DNA from: Thermotogota bacterium | GTDB lineage: Bacteria; Thermotogota; Thermotogae; Petrotogales; Petrotogaceae | Assembly (NCBI GenBank): GCA_051748045.1 | Contig: JBNJGY010000007.1 | Coordinates: 1 to 53,666, forward strand | Direction of reading: 5' to 3' | DNA: 53,666 bases | Shown: piece after piece, positions 50,177-53,666 of the stretch | Layout: the number at the start of each line of letters is the position of its first letter | Position numbering within the stretch: position 1 is the stretch's first letter | Program-made: the position numbers and the translations under genes | The notes under the pieces: generated by a model | Database searches by the model: none | The model's input: only the letters and a program-made list of their open reading frames with translations | Told to the model about the DNA's origin: nothing

Positions 50177-51067
50177 ATGTTAAAAGACTTACAAGAAAGA
50201 TATAGATTGAACAAAAATTTAGCACAAATGCTCAAAGGCGGAGTAATAATGGATGTAACAAATGCTGAACAAGCTAAAATAGCTGAAGATTCTGGCGCTG
50301 TTGCTGTGATGGCTTTAGAAAGAGTTCCAGCAGACATTAGAAAAAATGGTGGAGTAGCCAGAATGTCAGATCCTCAAATGATAAAAGAAATAATGGATGC
50401 AGTTTCAATTCCTGTAATGGCAAAGGTCAGAATAGGTCATTTTGTAGAGGCTCAAATTTTAGAGTATTTAGATATAGACTATATTGATGAAAGTGAAGTT
50501 TTAACTCCAGCTGATGAAACTTATCATATAAATAAAAAAAATTTCAAAACTCCTTTTGTATGTGGTGCCAGAAATCTAGGAGAAGCTTTGAGAAGAATAG
50601 CTGAGGGCGCTTCTATGATAAGAACTAAAGGAGAAGCTGGAACAGGAAATGTAGTGGAAGCAGTTAAGCACATAAAAAAAATTAATGAACAGATAAAAGA
50701 AATTCAAGGGTTATCAAATGAGCAACTGGTTAATAAATCAAAAGAAATACAAGCTCCTTTAGATTTAATTGAATTTGTATCAAAAAACGGTAAATTACCT
50801 GTTGTTAATTTTGCTGCAGGTGGGGTTGCTACTCCTGCTGATGCTGCTTTAATGATGCAATTAGGTGCAGATGGAGTCTTTGTTGGTTCTGGAATTTTTA
50901 AATCAGGAGATCCTCGAAAAAGAGCAAAAGCTATTGTAGAATCTGTAACCCATTTTGAAGACGCATCTATCTTAGCAAAGGTATCTGAAAATTTAGGAGA
51001 AGCAATGGTAGGAATAAATATTGATACTCTTGATGAAAATGAAAAATATGCTCACAGAGGTTGGTAA
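50177..51067 (+). CDS. pdxS: Pyridoxal 5'-phosphate synthase lyase subunit PdxS
   Basis: [47 protein letters not shown]; start moved from 50168 to ATG 50177. Confidence 0.98.
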   Translation: MLKDLQERYRLNKNLAQMLKGGVIMDVTNAEQAKIAEDSGAVAVMALERVPADIRKNGGVARMSDPQMIKEIMDAVSIPVMAKVRIGHFVEAQILEYLDIDYIDESEVLTPADETYHINKKNFKTPFVCGARNLGEALRRIAEGASMIRTKGEAGTGNVVEAVKHIKKINEQIKEIQGLSNEQLVNKSKEIQAPLDLIEFVSKNGKLPVVNFAAGGVATPADAALMMQLGADGVFVGSGIFKSGDPRKRAKAIVESVTHFEDASILAKVSENLGEAMVGINIDTLDENEKYAHRGW

Positions 51068-51068
51068 A

Positions 51069-51641
51069 ATGATAAAAATTGGAATTCTATCTTTGCAAGG
51101 TGGAATTGAAGAACATATTAACACATTAAAAAAAATTGATAGAGTTTTACCAGTAAAAGTCAAAAATAATAAACAACTGAAAGAGATCGATGGATTAATA
51201 ATTCCTGGTGGAGAAAGCACTACATTAATGAAATTGATTAAATTGTATGGCTTTGAAAAAGAGATAATACAATTTTCAAAGATAAAATCTATTTGGGGAA
51301 CATGTGCTGGACTTATAATTTCATCTAGGAATTATCTAAATTTAATAGATATAGAAGTTCAAAGGAATGCATTTGGTAGACAAAGTGGAAGTTTTGTAAT
51401 AGAAGAAAAAATCCCTAAAATATCAGATACAAAAATAGAAATGGTCTTTATAAGAGCACCAATAATCACTGAATTTGGTTCTGAAGTAAATATACTCAAA
51501 AAAATAGATGGGAAAATAGTCGCAGCAGAATCAAAAAATGTATTAGTTACTTCATTTCATCCAGAATTAACAGATCAATTATATGTACACAAATATTTTA
51601 TTGAAAAAGTAAAAATGTCAAAAAATCAAAAAGTATTTTAA
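51069..51641 (+). CDS. pdxT: Pyridoxal 5'-phosphate synthase glutaminase subunit PdxT
   Basis: LQG, PGGEST, GTCAG, RNAFGRQ, FIRAP, FHPEL; start moved from 51021 to ATG 51069. Confidence 0.96.
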   Translation: MIKIGILSLQGGIEEHINTLKKIDRVLPVKVKNNKQLKEIDGLIIPGGESTTLMKLIKLYGFEKEIIQFSKIKSIWGTCAGLIISSRNYLNLIDIEVQRNAFGRQSGSFVIEEKIPKISDTKIEMVFIRAPIITEFGSEVNILKKIDGKIVAAESKNVLVTSFHPELTDQLYVHKYFIEKVKMSKNQKVF

Positions 51642-51645
51642 TAAT

Positions 51646-51716
51646 AGATATGCTATCTCCAAAGTAGACACCAGCAATAATTTAAACAAAAATCTACTTT
51701 GGAGATATTTTTTATG
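51646..51716 (+). mobile_element. IS-left-end-like hairpin element, also probable pdxST terminator
   Basis: ATCTCCAAAGTAGA / TCTACTTTGGAGAT inverted repeat then T-tract and ATG; 45/71 ungapped identity to the reverse complement of 31111-31181. Confidence 0.5.
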
Positions 51717-51885
51717 CTAAGTAAAATAAAATTAATTAAAAAAATATTAAAATCATAAATGATTGCAAAGAGTTCTCAAAAAAATTAACTAATCACTTGT
51801 TTATTTAATTCCAAAATATGATATTATTTTAATATATGATTAAATACGATAAAGACTATCTTGTTTGAATATAGGAGGGATCACA

Positions 51886-53535
51886 ATGAATTTCCTAGAA
51901 TCAATAGATGAATACATAAAACAAAGATGGAAAGATATTATAGAATTAATGGAAATAGAAAATGATATTAATATTGAAATAATTTATCCAGAAGATAGAA
52001 ATAAATATCTTTCAGGTTATATTAGAGAGCCAATTTTTCTTGATTCTGGGGAAAGAATAGCTGATATTTATATCTATTCTGAGAAAGCCTTTAAATTAGA
52101 AAAAATAAAAAAAATAATGAATAAACTTAAAGAAATAATAATTAAAGATATAAAACTTTCAGATACTATGAAGACAGCAGAAAAGAATCTTAATTTTTCA
52201 GAAAAAAATAAAATGTTTCAAAAATTAGAATTCCTTTCTCTTCTTCCTGAAACTAATCCAAATATTGTTTTAATTGTTGAATGTGATGGTGAAATTGTTT
52301 ATTCTAACAAATCAACAATGAAGTGGTTAAAAGAAAATGGATTTGAAAATCAAGAAGAAATAAAAGTTTTATATCCAAAACAATTTAATGATAGATTTTG
52401 TAGTGTTTGTGGTTCTTTTAAACTAAAAAGTGAAAAAGTGGAATATAAAGATCAGGTTTTTGATTTTAAAATAAAACCAATTAAATACAATAGAAAATGT
52501 ATGATTATTTTGACTGATATAACAGAAATAGAAAATCTTTCTAAAGAAAAAGAACTCTATTATAAAGCTTTTCAATCATCAATTCATGGAATGCTTATAA
52601 CTGATACCAAAGGATATATAAATTATGTAAATCCAAAGTTCTTAGAATTGTATGGATATAATTATGATGAAGTAATTGGGAAAGGACCTAACATATTAAA
52701 TCCAGGAATTGATAAATATTATGATCTTGGCTATCCAAAACAAAAATATCATGATTTATTCACAGAGTTATGGGAATCTATTTCTGATCCAAAAATAGGA
52801 TATTGGGAAGGTACAATTCCTAATCAAAAGAAAAATGGCGATTTGATATGGGTTAACTTAATAATTAGTGCTATTCATGATTCTGATGGTAATATAACAA
52901 ATTACCTTGGTATACCAGTCGATATAACTGAAAAAAGAGAAGAAGATTTAAAAATAAGATTGGATATATATAAAACAATTACAGAAGTAGCTGAAATAAG
53001 AGACAATGAGACAGGTGAACACATAACTAGAGTAGGAAAATATGCGAAACTAATGGCAGAAAAACTTGGTATGCCAAAAAAATTCTGCCAAGATATAGAA
53101 ATGTTTGCTCCTCTACATGATATTGGTAAAGTTGGAATAAATGATTCAATTCTTCTCGCACCAAGAAGACTTACAAAAGAGGAATTTGAGATAATGAAAA
53201 CACACACATCATTAGGATATGAAATATTAAAAGAAAAGCCTACAATGGAAATGGCTGCAGATATAGCCCACCATCATCATGAACATTATGATGGTTCAGG
53301 ATATCCTTTAAACTTAAAAGGGAATAATATTCCTCTTTGTGCTAGAATTGTTTCCATTGCAGATGTATACGATGCTTTAAGAAGTAAAAGACCATACAAA
53401 GAACCTTGGGGTCATTTGAAAGCAATTAACCAAATCGAAGATGAAGCAAATTCTCATTTTGACCCAGAGTTAGTAAAAATATTTTTAGAAAATGAAAAAG
53501 AGATGAAAAATATAGCTGATAAATATAAAGATTAG
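51886..53535 (+). CDS. PAS-PAS-HD-GYP cyclic di-GMP phosphodiesterase
   Basis: Two PAS domains; RDNETGEHITRV, HDIGK, HHHEHYDGSGYP, IADVYDALRSKRPYK; start moved from 51865 to ATG 51886 (AGGAGG). Confidence 0.93.
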   Translation: MNFLESIDEYIKQRWKDIIELMEIENDINIEIIYPEDRNKYLSGYIREPIFLDSGERIADIYIYSEKAFKLEKIKKIMNKLKEIIIKDIKLSDTMKTAEKNLNFSEKNKMFQKLEFLSLLPETNPNIVLIVECDGEIVYSNKSTMKWLKENGFENQEEIKVLYPKQFNDRFCSVCGSFKLKSEKVEYKDQVFDFKIKPIKYNRKCMIILTDITEIENLSKEKELYYKAFQSSIHGMLITDTKGYINYVNPKFLELYGYNYDEVIGKGPNILNPGIDKYYDLGYPKQKYHDLFTELWESISDPKIGYWEGTIPNQKKNGDLIWVNLIISAIHDSDGNITNYLGIPVDITEKREEDLKIRLDIYKTITEVAEIRDNETGEHITRVGKYAKLMAEKLGMPKKFCQDIEMFAPLHDIGKVGINDSILLAPRRLTKEEFEIMKTHTSLGYEILKEKPTMEMAADIAHHHHEHYDGSGYPLNLKGNNIPLCARIVSIADVYDALRSKRPYKEPWGHLKAINQIEDEANSHFDPELVKIFLENEKEMKNIADKYKD

Positions 53536-53545
53536 GAGATATTTA

Positions 53546-53666
53546 ATGAAATACAAAATTATAGATGAAAGAGATACAATATTTGCTAGAATGTCTTATA
53601 AAAAGGATTCTAAAGAATATATAGATTATTATTCTAAAAACCAAGATAAAAAAGAAATAGATGATA
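53546..53666 (+). CDS. 3'-truncated CDS, N-terminus resembling reductive-dehalogenase-like 4Fe-4S/cobalamin proteins
   Basis: AGGAG RBS; hand translation MKYKIIDERDTIFARMSYKKDSKEYIDYYSKNQDKKEIDD, open to the window end. Confidence 0.55.
   Translation, partial: MKYKIIDERDTIFARMSYKKDSKEYIDYYSKNQDKKEIDD

Noticed and set aside
203-53207. Short antisense or off-frame ORFs in the track (e.g. 203-415, 2912-3103, 9111-9299, 24781-24966, 25608-25982, 41324-41647, 52902-53207)
   Set aside because: They overlap well-supported genes or promoter DNA, lack RBS and motifs, and have shadow-frame composition.

Overview
Very AT-rich bacterial chromosome segment, most likely Thermotogota (Petrotogales-like). 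This is inferred from dnaA standing apart from dnaN/gyrB, dnaK standing apart from grpE/dnaJ, a DUF4438 gene and a Lys/Orn-type racemase. The first ~25 kb is mostly housekeeping: 3' end of fliY, a heterodimeric ABC exporter, dnaA, tdh-kbl, mnmG, dnaK, dnaB, rnr. From ~24.7 to 35 kb lies a signalling island: MCP-CZB, HD-GYP, an RHH-PAS-pseudokinase-pseudoreceiver protein and a PAS-pseudoreceiver protein, convergent with a CheB/CheR fusion and a CarH-type B12-binding protein. Its phosphorelay residues appear lost while the methylation enzymes are intact. An aromatic-amino-acid-type ABC importer (35-37.6 kb) is preceded by an unannotated 35-aa Tyr/Trp-rich leader peptide with a complete attenuator architecture. 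The rest holds detox/accessory genes (FtsX-type ABC, MFS, WYL regulator with operator, DJ-1, MBL, nucleotidyltransferase), an orphan FliD-like gene, pdxR/pdxST, a PAS-HD-GYP gene and the start of a possible reductive-dehalogenase-like gene. Two related IS-end/MITE-like hairpin elements were found. No rRNA, tRNA, CRISPR array or intact transposase was seen. All calls come from motif reading only; no database searches were run.
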